The notes under the pieces were generated by a model, which had not been told where the DNA came from, did no database searches, and was given only the letters and a program-made list of their open reading frames with translations. This document shows, one piece after another, positions 38,527-48,787 of a DNA stretch of 64,000 nt. The stretch spans positions 186,001 to 250,000 of the IMG/VR virus record IMGVR_UViG_3300033997_000243, one strand, 5' to 3'. Numbering within the stretch: the stretch's first letter is position 1; every line of letters starts with the position of its first letter. Both the position numbers and the translations under genes were made by a program.

Positions 38527-39254
38527 AAGATCTTGCATTTAAAGCCATTGTCAGTTTAGCAAATAGCCATGTTGAACAAAAGAAACATCATTTGATTACA
38601 ATGTTTTTAAACAGTCAAAGATATAAATTTTCGGAAACAAGTTTGTTTGTACTTGAGTCTGAAATAGATTTACTCAGTGAAACAATTCGTTGCATGGAAA
38701 ACGAATTTCTAAATAATTTAGACATAGAGGCTGCGAGAGTAAATATCATCAATGATCTGCAAAGAGCAATGACATATCAAATTGCAAGCTTAAAATCTAG
38801 GTCTGAGTTAGATCCAAAATTGCGTCTTGTGTACTTGAACATAAAGCAAAAGTACATAAGGGTCGTGGCGGAACGTGTCAATTCTTTGATACAGTCTAGC
38901 CGAGAAGCAAGCTACACAGAAACCGCAAACTTTTTGTGTAGCGTTTTAAACCATGTTGGTTTTATTTTAAGTGAAATCGACTATCTGGTTTTTTGTAAAT
39001 CTCAAGAAAATTTTGATCCTTTTATCACACTTGATTATTTAGATCTCATATTCACAAGAGATATAGATAAAACATTTGTTGTAGAAAGATTGAAATTCTA
39101 TAAGGACAATGGACTTTTGAGAGACAAATTTCTTTGTGTGAAATCGTATTTAAACGCTGAGCGGTTGGAAAGTGATCAAACGCTCAACGATACTTACGAG
39201 TTGACACTAGAGGAAATAAAGAAGTGCGGGTTTGAAATTGTTTGTATTCTTTAA
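38523..39254 (+). CDS. hypothetical helical protein
   Basis: ATGA-coupled ORF. Confidence 0.6.
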   Translation: MKDLAFKAIVSLANSHVEQKKHHLITMFLNSQRYKFSETSLFVLESEIDLLSETIRCMENEFLNNLDIEAARVNIINDLQRAMTYQIASLKSRSELDPKLRLVYLNIKQKYIRVVAERVNSLIQSSREASYTETANFLCSVLNHVGFILSEIDYLVFCKSQENFDPFITLDYLDLIFTRDIDKTFVVERLKFYKDNGLLRDKFLCVKSYLNAERLESDQTLNDTYELTLEEIKKCGFEIVCIL

Positions 39255-39277
39255 TCACATTACCGAGGTAAGTTTTC

Positions 39278-40972
39278 ATGTCTAAACAATATGGTTCTTT
39301 AACTTTTATGGGCCAAGGCCAAATCAAAAATTTCACACCTGAGAAACTGGTAGCTGATCCAGCTGGCGCAGGTTTGTGGGAAGGTCGTGTATGGACAAAC
39401 ACAACTGACAATGTTATTCGCTTTTATTTAGATGGCGAAGTAAAACAATTTGCCGAAGGTGGTTCACTGGACGATTATTTACGTCGTGACGGTTCACTGG
39501 CAATGTTAGGTGCTTTGCTGTTAGACAGCGATGATCAAAGTGCTGCTACTGATTTAACTGCAATCAGTAAAGGTCACTTAGATACTCAATTAGCTACCAA
39601 ACAAAACACTATCACTGGTGCTGCCACTTCAATCACTACCGCTGATTTAACTGCTGAGCGTGTTGCTGTTTCTGATGCTTCAGGTAAAGTTGCAGTTTCT
39701 ACTGTAACAACTACTGAATTAGGTTATGTTGGTGGCGTTACTGGCCCAATCCAAACTCAATTGGATGGAAAACAAGCTGATTTAGGCTTCACTCCAGTAA
39801 ACCGTGCTGGCGACAGCATGACTGGTCAGTTAGCAATGAACGACAATCGCATTAGTGGTGTTGGTGCGCCGTTGAATGCAACTGATGTCGCTCGTAAAAT
39901 CGATTTAGAAACTGCCATTGCAAATCTGAACTGGCAAGATGATGTGTTAGCAATTCAAGTTGATAACACATTAGTTCCACAGACTGTTGAAGGTGCTCGC
40001 TATATCGTTACTGATGTTGCGAATCTGAATGCAGGTTTCGGAACTATCGCTGGTGTTGGTGACAACGACATCGTTGAATATATGGATGGATCTTTCGTAG
40101 TTGCCTACGATATTTCTACAGCTGGTGCAAATGCCGCTGGTACTTTTGCTACCAACTTAGATGATGGTTCATTCTATCGTTACAACGGCGCTTGGGCACG
40201 TTTTGAAGGTGTCGATTCAATCGTTGCGGGTATCGGTTTAGTTCGTAGCGGAAATACTTTCAACGTAAACATGGGTGCTGGTATTTCTCAGTTACCTACT
40301 GATGAAGTTGGTATTGATGTTCGCGCTAACAGCGGTTTATTCTTAACTGTTGATGGTTCAACTGCTTCTACTGATACTTCTGCTGCTTTAGCTGTTTTAT
40401 TACAGTCTGCTGGTGGTTTAAGTTTCGGTGTCGATGGTGGCGTACAAATCGCTTCGCAAGGCGTTACTGCTGCAATGTTAGGTGCAGTTGTTGGTAACGG
40501 TTTAGCTGGTGGTAACGGTGTTGCGATTTCTGTTACTGCTGGTGATGGTATCACTGTTGATGGTTCTGGTGTAAGTGTTGACGAAACTTTCTTAGATGGT
40601 CTGTATGCACGTTTAGATGGTGCGGATTTCACTGGTGCTGTTACAGTTCAAGCTCCGACTGTTGATGCAAACCCTGCTCGTAAACTGGATCTGGATAACT
40701 TAGATACAGAATTAAGTGGCGCAATCAACGATGTGAACACGCGCATTTCTGCTGGTTACTTCGTTTATGATGGTACTGCAACAGCTGCTTCTACCCACAC
40801 TGTAACACACGGTATGGGCCAGAAATATGTCGGTGTAACTGTTGTAGATGAATTCGACAACGTAGTTGGTGTTGACGAAATTACTTTCGTTGATGCAAAC
40901 AGCTTTACTGTTGACGTAATTCCTGCAAGTAAAATCCGTGTTATCGCTGTCGGTGCTGCACCTTTAATTTAA
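39278..40972 (+). CDS. abundant fibre/whisker-like structural protein
   Basis: GD.MTG.L and G.GL repeats; strong GGT/GCT/TTA codon bias; C-terminal HGMG domain. Confidence 0.7.
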   Translation: MSKQYGSLTFMGQGQIKNFTPEKLVADPAGAGLWEGRVWTNTTDNVIRFYLDGEVKQFAEGGSLDDYLRRDGSLAMLGALLLDSDDQSAATDLTAISKGHLDTQLATKQNTITGAATSITTADLTAERVAVSDASGKVAVSTVTTTELGYVGGVTGPIQTQLDGKQADLGFTPVNRAGDSMTGQLAMNDNRISGVGAPLNATDVARKIDLETAIANLNWQDDVLAIQVDNTLVPQTVEGARYIVTDVANLNAGFGTIAGVGDNDIVEYMDGSFVVAYDISTAGANAAGTFATNLDDGSFYRYNGAWARFEGVDSIVAGIGLVRSGNTFNVNMGAGISQLPTDEVGIDVRANSGLFLTVDGSTASTDTSAALAVLLQSAGGLSFGVDGGVQIASQGVTAAMLGAVVGNGLAGGNGVAISVTAGDGITVDGSGVSVDETFLDGLYARLDGADFTGAVTVQAPTVDANPARKLDLDNLDTELSGAINDVNTRISAGYFVYDGTATAASTHTVTHGMGQKYVGVTVVDEFDNVVGVDEITFVDANSFTVDVIPASKIRVIAVGAAPLI

Positions 40973-40989
40973 TTTTTACGGCTAATAAC

Positions 40990-41022
40990 AATTGGGGCGG
41001 CATTTGACTGCCCCAATTTTTT
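40990..41022 (+). terminator. intrinsic terminator
   Basis: AATTGGGGCGG...CTGCCCCAATT followed by TTTT. Confidence 0.75.
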
Positions 41023-41047
41023 ATCATTTTCTTTAATGAGGAAACCT

Positions 41048-41656
41048 ATGAAAGTCTTAGGTAGAACAAACTTCATGGGAAACGCCGTAAAAAATTTGGC
41101 CTTTAGTGCTGACGACGATGGTGTCGAATTTGCAGGTGAAGGTCGAATAGTGCGTGTCCAAGGTCGTCTGCTTATGGGTGTAACTATTGTTGATGGTCAA
41201 ACAACTTCTTTAGGTTGGGTGCAACTTCTGCAAGAGAAAAATACTTATACGCACGAACAACAAACTCCATCGACAGTTTGGACAGTGCAACACAATATGA
41301 ACAGTACACGTTTAATTGTGCAGCCTTGGCCGGATGGTGAAGTTGCTACAGCGCAAGAAATTATTACATTAGATGCTGACACAGTTCAGATTACATTTAA
41401 CGTAGCAGTTTCTGGTGTTGCAACAATTATGGTTGGTAACATTGATGGTTTAGCTAAACCAGATATTCGTTATGAGCAACCGTTCACCAGTCAAACAACT
41501 GTTACGGTAAATCACAACTTAGGTTATGATCCAGCAATTCGCGTTCTGAACGCTTACGGAATGGAAATTTTGAATTACGAATTATCCAGTCCTTCAGTGA
41601 ATCAAAGTGTGCTGACGTTTACAACTTCTTCAACTGGAACAGTTTACTGTTTATAA
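41048..41656 (+). CDS. virion protein with two HNxG domains
   Basis: THEQ.TPS..W...HNM and VNHNLG; start by GAGGA SD. Confidence 0.7.
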   Translation: MKVLGRTNFMGNAVKNLAFSADDDGVEFAGEGRIVRVQGRLLMGVTIVDGQTTSLGWVQLLQEKNTYTHEQQTPSTVWTVQHNMNSTRLIVQPWPDGEVATAQEIITLDADTVQITFNVAVSGVATIMVGNIDGLAKPDIRYEQPFTSQTTVTVNHNLGYDPAIRVLNAYGMEILNYELSSPSVNQSVLTFTTSSTGTVYCL

Positions 41657-41666
41657 GGAGTAAGTT

Positions 41667-41897
41667 ATGGCATCAGTTCGTTTGGTAGGTCAAGGTGGCT
41701 ATACTCACACGCAACAAACTCCAAGTACAATGTGGTTGGTTGAGCACAATTTAGGTCGTGTTCCATTGTTGGAAGTGTTTGTAAATCACCAAGGCATTCT
41801 GCAAAAAATTCAGCCAAAATCTATAGAGCAACAATCTGGTAATATTACCAAGATTCATTTCTCTGTTCCGATGACTGGCAATGTTCGCGCATTGTAG
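41667..41897 (+). CDS. stand-alone HNLG-domain virion protein
   Basis: YTHTQQTPSTMWLVEHNLG. Confidence 0.7.
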   Translation: MASVRLVGQGGYTHTQQTPSTMWLVEHNLGRVPLLEVFVNHQGILQKIQPKSIEQQSGNITKIHFSVPMTGNVRAL

Positions 41898-41907
41898 GAG
41901 AAATTAA

Positions 41908-42456
41908 ATGTTATTAGATGGCGCTTCTTTGCTTGATGGAAGTACGCTGGAAATTTCACCTGTTGAAGAAGGTGCAAGTTTTCCAGCGTCACCAACTGAC
42001 GGCAAACGCTTTAAGAAAACTGGAACAGGTGCAGGCAATTATGTGTACTCCGCATTTTTGTCAACTTGGATTCTGGTAACAAACGTAGCCTTTAACAGCT
42101 ATGATATTAGTTCGAGCATTTTTGATCGTCCACGTAGCAGTGATGTTGTGGTCAGACATTTAGCAGCAAGAACTTTTTATCTAAAGGCTGGATTGGCTGG
42201 ATGTTCTGCAAGAGCAAACGTAGCTGCAACAGCACAAACAGTATTTACTATTAATGCTGTTCGTAGTGGCGTAACAACTCAAATAGGAACCTTAACTTTT
42301 GCAGCTGGTGCAACTGTTGGTGTTTATGCGAGTTTAGCTGGTGCAAACTCTATTATCTTTGGTGTAGGTGATGAATTAACGATTGTAGCTCCGGCCACTC
42401 GTGATACAACACTGTCAACAATTGCTATTACAATGGCAGGACTTTTATTCGTCTGA
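41908..42456 (+). CDS. virion fibre-associated protein
   Basis: FP.SP.DG motif; beta-sandwich ending GD.L.I.AP...D.TL. Confidence 0.6.
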   Translation: MLLDGASLLDGSTLEISPVEEGASFPASPTDGKRFKKTGTGAGNYVYSAFLSTWILVTNVAFNSYDISSSIFDRPRSSDVVVRHLAARTFYLKAGLAGCSARANVAATAQTVFTINAVRSGVTTQIGTLTFAAGATVGVYASLAGANSIIFGVGDELTIVAPATRDTTLSTIAITMAGLLFV

Positions 42457-42463
42457 GGTTAGT

Positions 42464-43384
42464 ATGGATCTTATACAGTGGGAAAAGTCAGCACTTACAA
42501 ATTTGACGGGTAACACAAATGGAAATACTGATTGGCTATTTGGCTACCTAAATACAGCGCAGACGGACTTGCTGCTAGAAGATCCTGTCTCGCTTTCTTC
42601 TTTTGAATTCATGTCACAAAATTGTATTGCAAGTAGATTAATTAGCTTGCGTAATATATATCCAGCGGTAAATCCTTACGCTGATTTAATTTTTGCAGAT
42701 AGCGGAAGATTATTTCACCACAGAGGTACGCTGGATATTTCAGGTTCAAACTTAAGACGCGCAATACCAACTCGTATTTATTTTGAAGGTGTAACTGATT
42801 CGCAATGGAATGCTACACTTACCCCGTTTTATACCCCAACACTTCTGGCCGGAATTTCTCGATTACAGCGAGTTAGTATTCCGATCACTGCTTTTGTTAT
42901 CTACGAATTTCAGAACCCAACAACTATAAAGAATATTGCTTACGCTCACTTTGCAGGAAGTGCGGCAAACTCAAGACCTTTAGGTCTTTCAGTTCAATAC
43001 AAAGTTGGCGATCAATGGTTTTCTGCTGATACCATTACTTTAACAGATGCCAACACGAACATAGTAAATAAAGTCTTTGATATTCCTGAATGTACTGCAA
43101 TTAAAATAGGCACTATAAATTCAGGAAGTAAAATAGGTTGGCAATTTAGTTATCTGACATTTGAGACAGATTCCGATTATATATTGGAGGAGACAGTTGA
43201 ATCTTTAATTGTCTGCCCTATGCCTATAGCTGGACACACTTCACCTGCAACTTGGGAACCGAGCAGCGTAAGAATATTTTCTTATGATTTAAGTGAAATC
43301 AAATTGAATACACTTCAAACAAATCGTTTCATTGAAATGAATTTGATTGCGGGTCGTATGGAAGCAAGGGCCACATTAACATGA
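42464..43384 (+). CDS. array member, long type (discoidin-like insert)
   Basis: start MDLIQ by GAGG SD; YEF..P..I...L.VQY..G..W pattern. Confidence 0.55.
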   Translation: MDLIQWEKSALTNLTGNTNGNTDWLFGYLNTAQTDLLLEDPVSLSSFEFMSQNCIASRLISLRNIYPAVNPYADLIFADSGRLFHHRGTLDISGSNLRRAIPTRIYFEGVTDSQWNATLTPFYTPTLLAGISRLQRVSIPITAFVIYEFQNPTTIKNIAYAHFAGSAANSRPLGLSVQYKVGDQWFSADTITLTDANTNIVNKVFDIPECTAIKIGTINSGSKIGWQFSYLTFETDSDYILEETVESLIVCPMPIAGHTSPATWEPSSVRIFSYDLSEIKLNTLQTNRFIEMNLIAGRMEARATLT

Positions 43385-43887
43385 AAATGAATAAAGCCGC
43401 TGCTAGTTTATTGTACCAAAGAAATTTGGGCACTACTGCTTTAAGGTATCACATAATTTTTGTTCGTGGTAATACACACACGACGACAGAGTTAGATACA
43501 CTGTTCAATGCAACAAACGGAATCTTTACCAATATAGCAACCTTGATAACTCAGATAGGTTCGCGTGGCGGTGCTGTGTTAGCACAAGCAGAATTAATAA
43601 CAACGCAAAATCCAGCAATGAAAGCAAACTTTCCTAGCTTATTAGATTTTGATTGGAGTAAAGTAGCGCCAACTGTTATGGTTTCAGGTCAACCTGATTG
43701 GTTTTTGATTTATCCAAGAACAACAAACGTAGCTTACAATGCTAATGGTGCGTCAAACTTTTTAATACGTGGCAGCATAACAGATTTTTCAGGTGACGGT
43801 GATTTGCGTGTTGGAAATCGCAACATGACAGTTGGTGAAATTTATGAAATGACAAACTGCAAAATAAGGCAGGTAGGTCATGAATAA
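43381..43887 (+). CDS. array member, short scaffold type
   Basis: MKMNKA start; G.PDWF; GSI.D..G.GDL. Confidence 0.6.
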   Translation: MKMNKAAASLLYQRNLGTTALRYHIIFVRGNTHTTTELDTLFNATNGIFTNIATLITQIGSRGGAVLAQAELITTQNPAMKANFPSLLDFDWSKVAPTVMVSGQPDWFLIYPRTTNVAYNANGASNFLIRGSITDFSGDGDLRVGNRNMTVGEIYEMTNCKIRQVGHE

Positions 43888-44272
43888 TTTAATCAAAGAC
43901 GTCAATTATTTTGACAAAAATTTCGATCAGAATAAATTTGTGTTTTTTCCAAAACAAGTCACTTGGGATCTATCTTTAAACGGCACTAATGTAATTCAAG
44001 GTAACAACCCTCAAGTTGATTATGTGCCGACGCCAGAAATAGTAAATTTAATTCATCCTGTTATAAATGCTGGATTAATTTACTCGGCTGGATTGCCAAG
44101 TATTTCTATTTTTGTACAACCTCAGTTCATTGATATGCCTTTTGTGGCTACGCAGCTTAACTCGAATGTTGTATTTCAAACGTATACAGCCATCATAAAT
44201 TTTGAAGCAACTACATTGCCAACTTTAAATGTAATGAATGCTGCTTTCTTTACACTTCAGATAGGGGTATGA
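43880..44272 (+). CDS. array member, type C (paralogue of 48316)
   Basis: YF...FD...FP..VT.D. Confidence 0.5.
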   Translation: MNNLIKDVNYFDKNFDQNKFVFFPKQVTWDLSLNGTNVIQGNNPQVDYVPTPEIVNLIHPVINAGLIYSAGLPSISIFVQPQFIDMPFVATQLNSNVVFQTYTAIINFEATTLPTLNVMNAAFFTLQIGV

Positions 44273-44273
44273 A

Positions 44274-45266
44274 ATGAAAACTTTTGGAATGAATCCAACT
44301 TTAGTTGAATCATTTAAGAACATTATGCCAACAAGGAATCTTGCGTATTTCTTTGATGGCACAATGCCAGCGGATTTTAATTCATTAGGTTTTCCGCAAA
44401 CAGCAGCAGGTTTAATTGAAAACTGTAAGAACGCTTGTGTCATTACAAGCTACTTCACAGACAACCGCAACGTGAATTTTGTGAATGCAGGATCATTAAT
44501 AAAGTCTGGCGATTTGGTTGCTGTATATCGCGGTGAAGTTGTGTCAGTTAAAGACGGAGCAAGTAATCCAACAGCTTTTGATGATCATTTGATTTATTAT
44601 CCAAGAAAAATCACCTGCAAAAATGACTACAGAGATCACAACACTTTTATGTCTGTCATGTATAAAATGCAAGGTGATTATGGTTTTGACGGATTAGATA
44701 CTTTCATTGCGCGTACAACAGAAAATGATGAAACTATCGAATTTGAATACGATACACCAAGAGCAGTAAACTGTTTTGGTATCAAGCAAAGCACAACAGC
44801 CGCGCAAGTAATGTATCAATTTCACATTGAATATTGGAATGGATCTGCTTGGACATTGATTGATACAAGTCCAATAAATCAAATTGGCTATTGGATAGTT
44901 AAATTTGCTGAGATAACGGCTACTCGTTTCAGAATCCGTAAAGTAAGTACAACTGGGACAGCCGCGAATATAGATTTAGCTTTCGCTTATTTTGGTAAGT
45001 TTGGATTCAGTGCCGGTGACATTCGTAAAAACGTAGCTGTTCCACAATACGCCATTATTGTTCCAGAGCATATTAGTGCGGCTACCTACACAAACTTGTT
45101 ATCAAAACAAAACGACACTTATGGAAACCGTAATCAAAATACTGAACATCTTATAATGTGCAGTGCAGGTCTGCCAAGCCAAAGCGTTTACATGAAAATG
45201 AACGCACCTACAACAGACGAATACAACAAATACAACTACTATTTAGTAGTTGGGCAGATTATATAA
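44274..45266 (+). CDS. array member, long type with F5/8 type C (discoidin)-like domain
   Basis: FDGTMP; IEFEYDTP..VN...IEYWNGSAW...ITATRFRI. Confidence 0.65.
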   Translation: MKTFGMNPTLVESFKNIMPTRNLAYFFDGTMPADFNSLGFPQTAAGLIENCKNACVITSYFTDNRNVNFVNAGSLIKSGDLVAVYRGEVVSVKDGASNPTAFDDHLIYYPRKITCKNDYRDHNTFMSVMYKMQGDYGFDGLDTFIARTTENDETIEFEYDTPRAVNCFGIKQSTTAAQVMYQFHIEYWNGSAWTLIDTSPINQIGYWIVKFAEITATRFRIRKVSTTGTAANIDLAFAYFGKFGFSAGDIRKNVAVPQYAIIVPEHISAATYTNLLSKQNDTYGNRNQNTEHLIMCSAGLPSQSVYMKMNAPTTDEYNKYNYYLVVGQII

Positions 45267-45275
45267 GGCGGCCTT

Positions 45276-46409
45276 ATGTTGAATGCAGGATTAAACGATA
45301 CTGTATTTAGATCTATCGAGAACAATATTACAATTGAAGGGTTGTCCATATCAAACACGGTTTATCTATTCAGTGGAGATCCTCCAATAGATATAAGTGA
45401 TATGATGCTTACATTGACTGGGAATTTGGATGTAGATACTTCTTATTTAGTTAATAGGGCTGACGCTATATTAGATCTTGATTTTTCGGTAACACGAGAT
45501 TCTACATCTATAAAATTTAATATAGCAAATGGATTTTTTGGAAATTATTTTGAAAAATTTTTAGCATATAAAGGTAAGCCTGACTTAAATGTTTATGATA
45601 CTGGATTAGCGGCTTACAGAAATCTTGGAGACTGTATAGTATATTACGCAAACAGTATAGCTTCAAACTATTCAGTAAGTTCAGGACTGCCTTCAGTAAC
45701 CATACCCACAAGACAGTCTCCTAATGTGAGAAATGATACTCATATAGAAAATTCTGCATTCTCAGGCAAATATCTAAGAGGCAGATATAACATTAGCAGT
45801 TGGTATTTCTATATGGGCCGCAGAGCCAATAATAAAAATGCCAGTGGTCAAGACTTGCCAACTAATAACCATCGTGGTCATGGTATGGTCATATTCGATT
45901 CTCCCATTGAGGCTGATTTTATTATGTTCAGCCTTGTGCATGATGGAACGACTATATATAATACCAACTTATCTAGTCTCAGTCTTATACTTGAAGATAA
46001 TACTTTTGTTGAACTTCCAGTATTTGGCGTCAGTCCGTCAGGAATCATATATTTAGTTCCATTTGCGAAAAGAACTATAAAGGGCGTGAGAATGGCAAAT
46101 GCCTACCAGCCTATAAATACTTCTACTCAAACTTTCTGTAACTACTATTGTCCGATTTTTACTGTAGGTCTTTCTGAATACCAGACAACAGATTTGGCAA
46201 ATCCAACAAGAGATATTATAACTCATGCACTTGTAGTGCCGACCTTAAATCCTGTAAGACAATCTCAAGCTACAAAGAGTCAACCTTTGATGTTGCTTAG
46301 TGTGGGAAATGAGGAAAGTTCAGCAGAACTTAAAGTTCAAGCACCTGATAGTATGTACATATCTTCTAGCAGTGTTGTAGATAAAACACTAATGGAATTG
46401 CCAAAATAA
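45276..46409 (+). CDS. array member, long type (close paralogue of 51719)
   Basis: MLNAGLND, LFSG.PP, R.LGDC, H...FD.P..ADF. Confidence 0.65.
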   Translation: MLNAGLNDTVFRSIENNITIEGLSISNTVYLFSGDPPIDISDMMLTLTGNLDVDTSYLVNRADAILDLDFSVTRDSTSIKFNIANGFFGNYFEKFLAYKGKPDLNVYDTGLAAYRNLGDCIVYYANSIASNYSVSSGLPSVTIPTRQSPNVRNDTHIENSAFSGKYLRGRYNISSWYFYMGRRANNKNASGQDLPTNNHRGHGMVIFDSPIEADFIMFSLVHDGTTIYNTNLSSLSLILEDNTFVELPVFGVSPSGIIYLVPFAKRTIKGVRMANAYQPINTSTQTFCNYYCPIFTVGLSEYQTTDLANPTRDIITHALVVPTLNPVRQSQATKSQPLMLLSVGNEESSAELKVQAPDSMYISSSSVVDKTLMELPK

Positions 46410-46492
46410 ACTGGGTTTAAAGTTTTGAATAAATAAGTTATTATCATCCAAGTAGATAAGATCTTAATAATCAAACAATTTTGGAAATAAAC

Positions 46493-47059
46493 ATGAAAAT
46501 TAATAAAGCTTTTGCTGATCAGATGCTACTTATCTATGGGCAGAATTATGCAGCCACAACTTTGACTCAAACTTCAGGAGTTATATTTAGTTTGTGGAGT
46601 GGGGCAGAACTTTCTCAGACTGAAATGAATGTCATTCGTGACACATTCACAGACGCAAATGGAATTATTGCAGGTAATTGGCCAGCTACTTTAATGGGGC
46701 CAAATGGAAGAGTTGAATTGGCACGTTTATACGTACCAACTTTCTCGCAAAGATCGGATAATAGCGAACCTAATGCTCTAAGAAAAAAATTTGAACTATC
46801 AAAAATAACAAGTTTAATGACTATTCTTGCGGCGGGTAACGCAGGATCATTTACATTATCCATAACAGGATCTAGTTGGACTGGATGGACATCTGCCGCA
46901 GCAAACTCTAGCCGTGTTATATATAATGGTTCAGTAGGAAATTTAGAAAGTAATGCTGATATTAAGTTTCCTACAACTTCAATAGCTTTGGATAGTAAAA
47001 TTAAACCTACCGACATAAATTTCCAATTTAATTTCCCAAGTTTAGAAATGATTTGGTAA
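46493..47059 (+). CDS. array member, short scaffold type
   Basis: start MKINKA; SLWSG; GSVG...S.ADI. Confidence 0.6.
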   Translation: MKINKAFADQMLLIYGQNYAATTLTQTSGVIFSLWSGAELSQTEMNVIRDTFTDANGIIAGNWPATLMGPNGRVELARLYVPTFSQRSDNSEPNALRKKFELSKITSLMTILAAGNAGSFTLSITGSSWTGWTSAAANSSRVIYNGSVGNLESNADIKFPTTSIALDSKIKPTDINFQFNFPSLEMIW

Positions 47060-47074
47060 TAGAGGCGACACACA

Positions 47075-47602
47075 ATGAAAATGAATACTGGTGCTTTATT
47101 AGCAAGTACATATGCTTTGCACAGAAACGATCTTGCAAATACTACGGCTGTTTCAGTTAGTTTGTTTACTGGTGGCCCATTAACTCAAGCCGAAGAAGAT
47201 TATATAAACAGTGCTACTGTTACAGCAGCTTCAACAGGTTTGATTAGTCACAGTTTAGCCAGAACAAATTTAATTTCAACACGTACTGAACTTGGTCAAC
47301 TGTTTTTACCTACTTTCACTCAGAAGAAAATAGGTGGGAATGTACATGAACGCATTTGGATGTTCACACAACGCACAGAAGAAATGACTGGATTAGCTAA
47401 TGGAGATCCAACACTTGCAATGATTTCACTTCATGGTGGTGCAGCTGTTTATACAGCTGGAAACATTTGCAGAATGTTAATGTTGTGTTCAGTAGGTAAC
47501 GTAGGTTCAGGTGCTGAATTTGAACACAATGGCCCAATAGTAACTGGACAGCGTTACAAAATAAACGACTTCAAGTTTACCATTCAAAACTTGTTAGGTT
47601 AA
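47075..47602 (+). CDS. array member, short scaffold type
   Basis: SLFTGG; ELG.L.LPTF.Q shared with 46493; SVG..GSGAE. Confidence 0.6.
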   Translation: MKMNTGALLASTYALHRNDLANTTAVSVSLFTGGPLTQAEEDYINSATVTAASTGLISHSLARTNLISTRTELGQLFLPTFTQKKIGGNVHERIWMFTQRTEEMTGLANGDPTLAMISLHGGAAVYTAGNICRMLMLCSVGNVGSGAEFEHNGPIVTGQRYKINDFKFTIQNLLG

Positions 47603-47606
47603 GTTT

Positions 47607-48242
47607 ATGGGAAATGTTTATACTCATAATCATGGAACGGAACCTAAAGTCGTTCAAGTATACAAGCCATTTTTCAACAATAGCTTAGCTAACGGCCCAT
47701 TACGTCAATTTATTTCCTACCCACAATCAAGCGCACCTACTGCACGAATAGGTCAGTTTGATGGATATGAGTGGGGATATAACACAGACGGATCGCAGTA
47801 CGGAATAGTGCGATTTAATGGAGTAGCAGTCCCAAATCAAGCTGAAACTTTTGCTATGTTGCAATCAAAATATTCGATTGGTGTAAATCAAAATATTAAT
47901 ACCAATCCGATATTTTATTCAGTTTACGCAAAGACTGATCTGGAAGATCCAATAGAGAGTGTTGTATGCGAATATAATGCTTCCAACCACAAAGTATTTT
48001 CATATTCAAATGGAACAAGAACTTGGTCAGCCACTATAGATGGAATAACTTATGGATGGCGCAGCTATTCTAACATAGAAGGTGCGGCTGGCTACTTGAA
48101 TGATTTTACGATTAACGGTCAAGGCTCTGCTAATATTGCAGTGCGAGATTATATTTTAAATTTATGCACTGTAGGTTCAGTTGTTCAATCTGGTGAGCCA
48201 ATAAGAAGTGCCGTCTGCGTTAAAACGTATTCGGTATCTTAA
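47607..48242 (+). CDS. hypothetical aromatic-rich protein with an internal duplication
   Basis: A.I..FDGYEWGY and ATIDGITYGW repeats. Confidence 0.55.
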   Translation: MGNVYTHNHGTEPKVVQVYKPFFNNSLANGPLRQFISYPQSSAPTARIGQFDGYEWGYNTDGSQYGIVRFNGVAVPNQAETFAMLQSKYSIGVNQNINTNPIFYSVYAKTDLEDPIESVVCEYNASNHKVFSYSNGTRTWSATIDGITYGWRSYSNIEGAAGYLNDFTINGQGSANIAVRDYILNLCTVGSVVQSGEPIRSAVCVKTYSVS

Positions 48243-48315
48243 ATAACGATAACGGATTAAAATAAAACTGGGAAAATGAAACGCAGTATGTTCTGCATTT
48301 AATAGGAGACATCTG

Positions 48316-48777
48316 ATGCCTAGTGTATATGTCGCGGCATACTATGCAAACAGATTTGATCCAGATACATTGTTTCCTGAAACGGTCACGATTGATGGCG
48401 ATCAAGTTTTTTTGTCAGACGGAAATCCTTCATTGGCACAAAGAGGTCAGTACAATATAGATCAAAGCTTTTTAAGTTTCTTGAGTCTAACTTATCTGAA
48501 CATGCCAGAAGTATTTTTCGATCAAGTAGCGACTACAGTTGAACGACCTTTAGTTCCACAAGCAAGTTCATACTTGTTAAGTAGTTCAATAAATGAATTG
48601 CAAATACCATACACTGTAGTAGAAGTTAAATCAAATTTTGGACAAGTATTTGTACAGAATTCTCTGCATACAGTTAGTGTGTTATTGCCTCAAGATCCTG
48701 ATTTAGATTTTAATGCTACTGCATTTGTGCAGTACAATCTGATGAATGAATCTACATTAACCTCAACTTTGATATAA
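48316..48777 (+). CDS. array member, type C (paralogue of 43880)
   Basis: YY.NRFD...LFP.TVT.D. Confidence 0.5.
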   Translation: MPSVYVAAYYANRFDPDTLFPETVTIDGDQVFLSDGNPSLAQRGQYNIDQSFLSFLSLTYLNMPEVFFDQVATTVERPLVPQASSYLLSSSINELQIPYTVVEVKSNFGQVFVQNSLHTVSVLLPQDPDLDFNATAFVQYNLMNESTLTSTLI

Positions 48778-48787
48778 GGGCGCAGTT

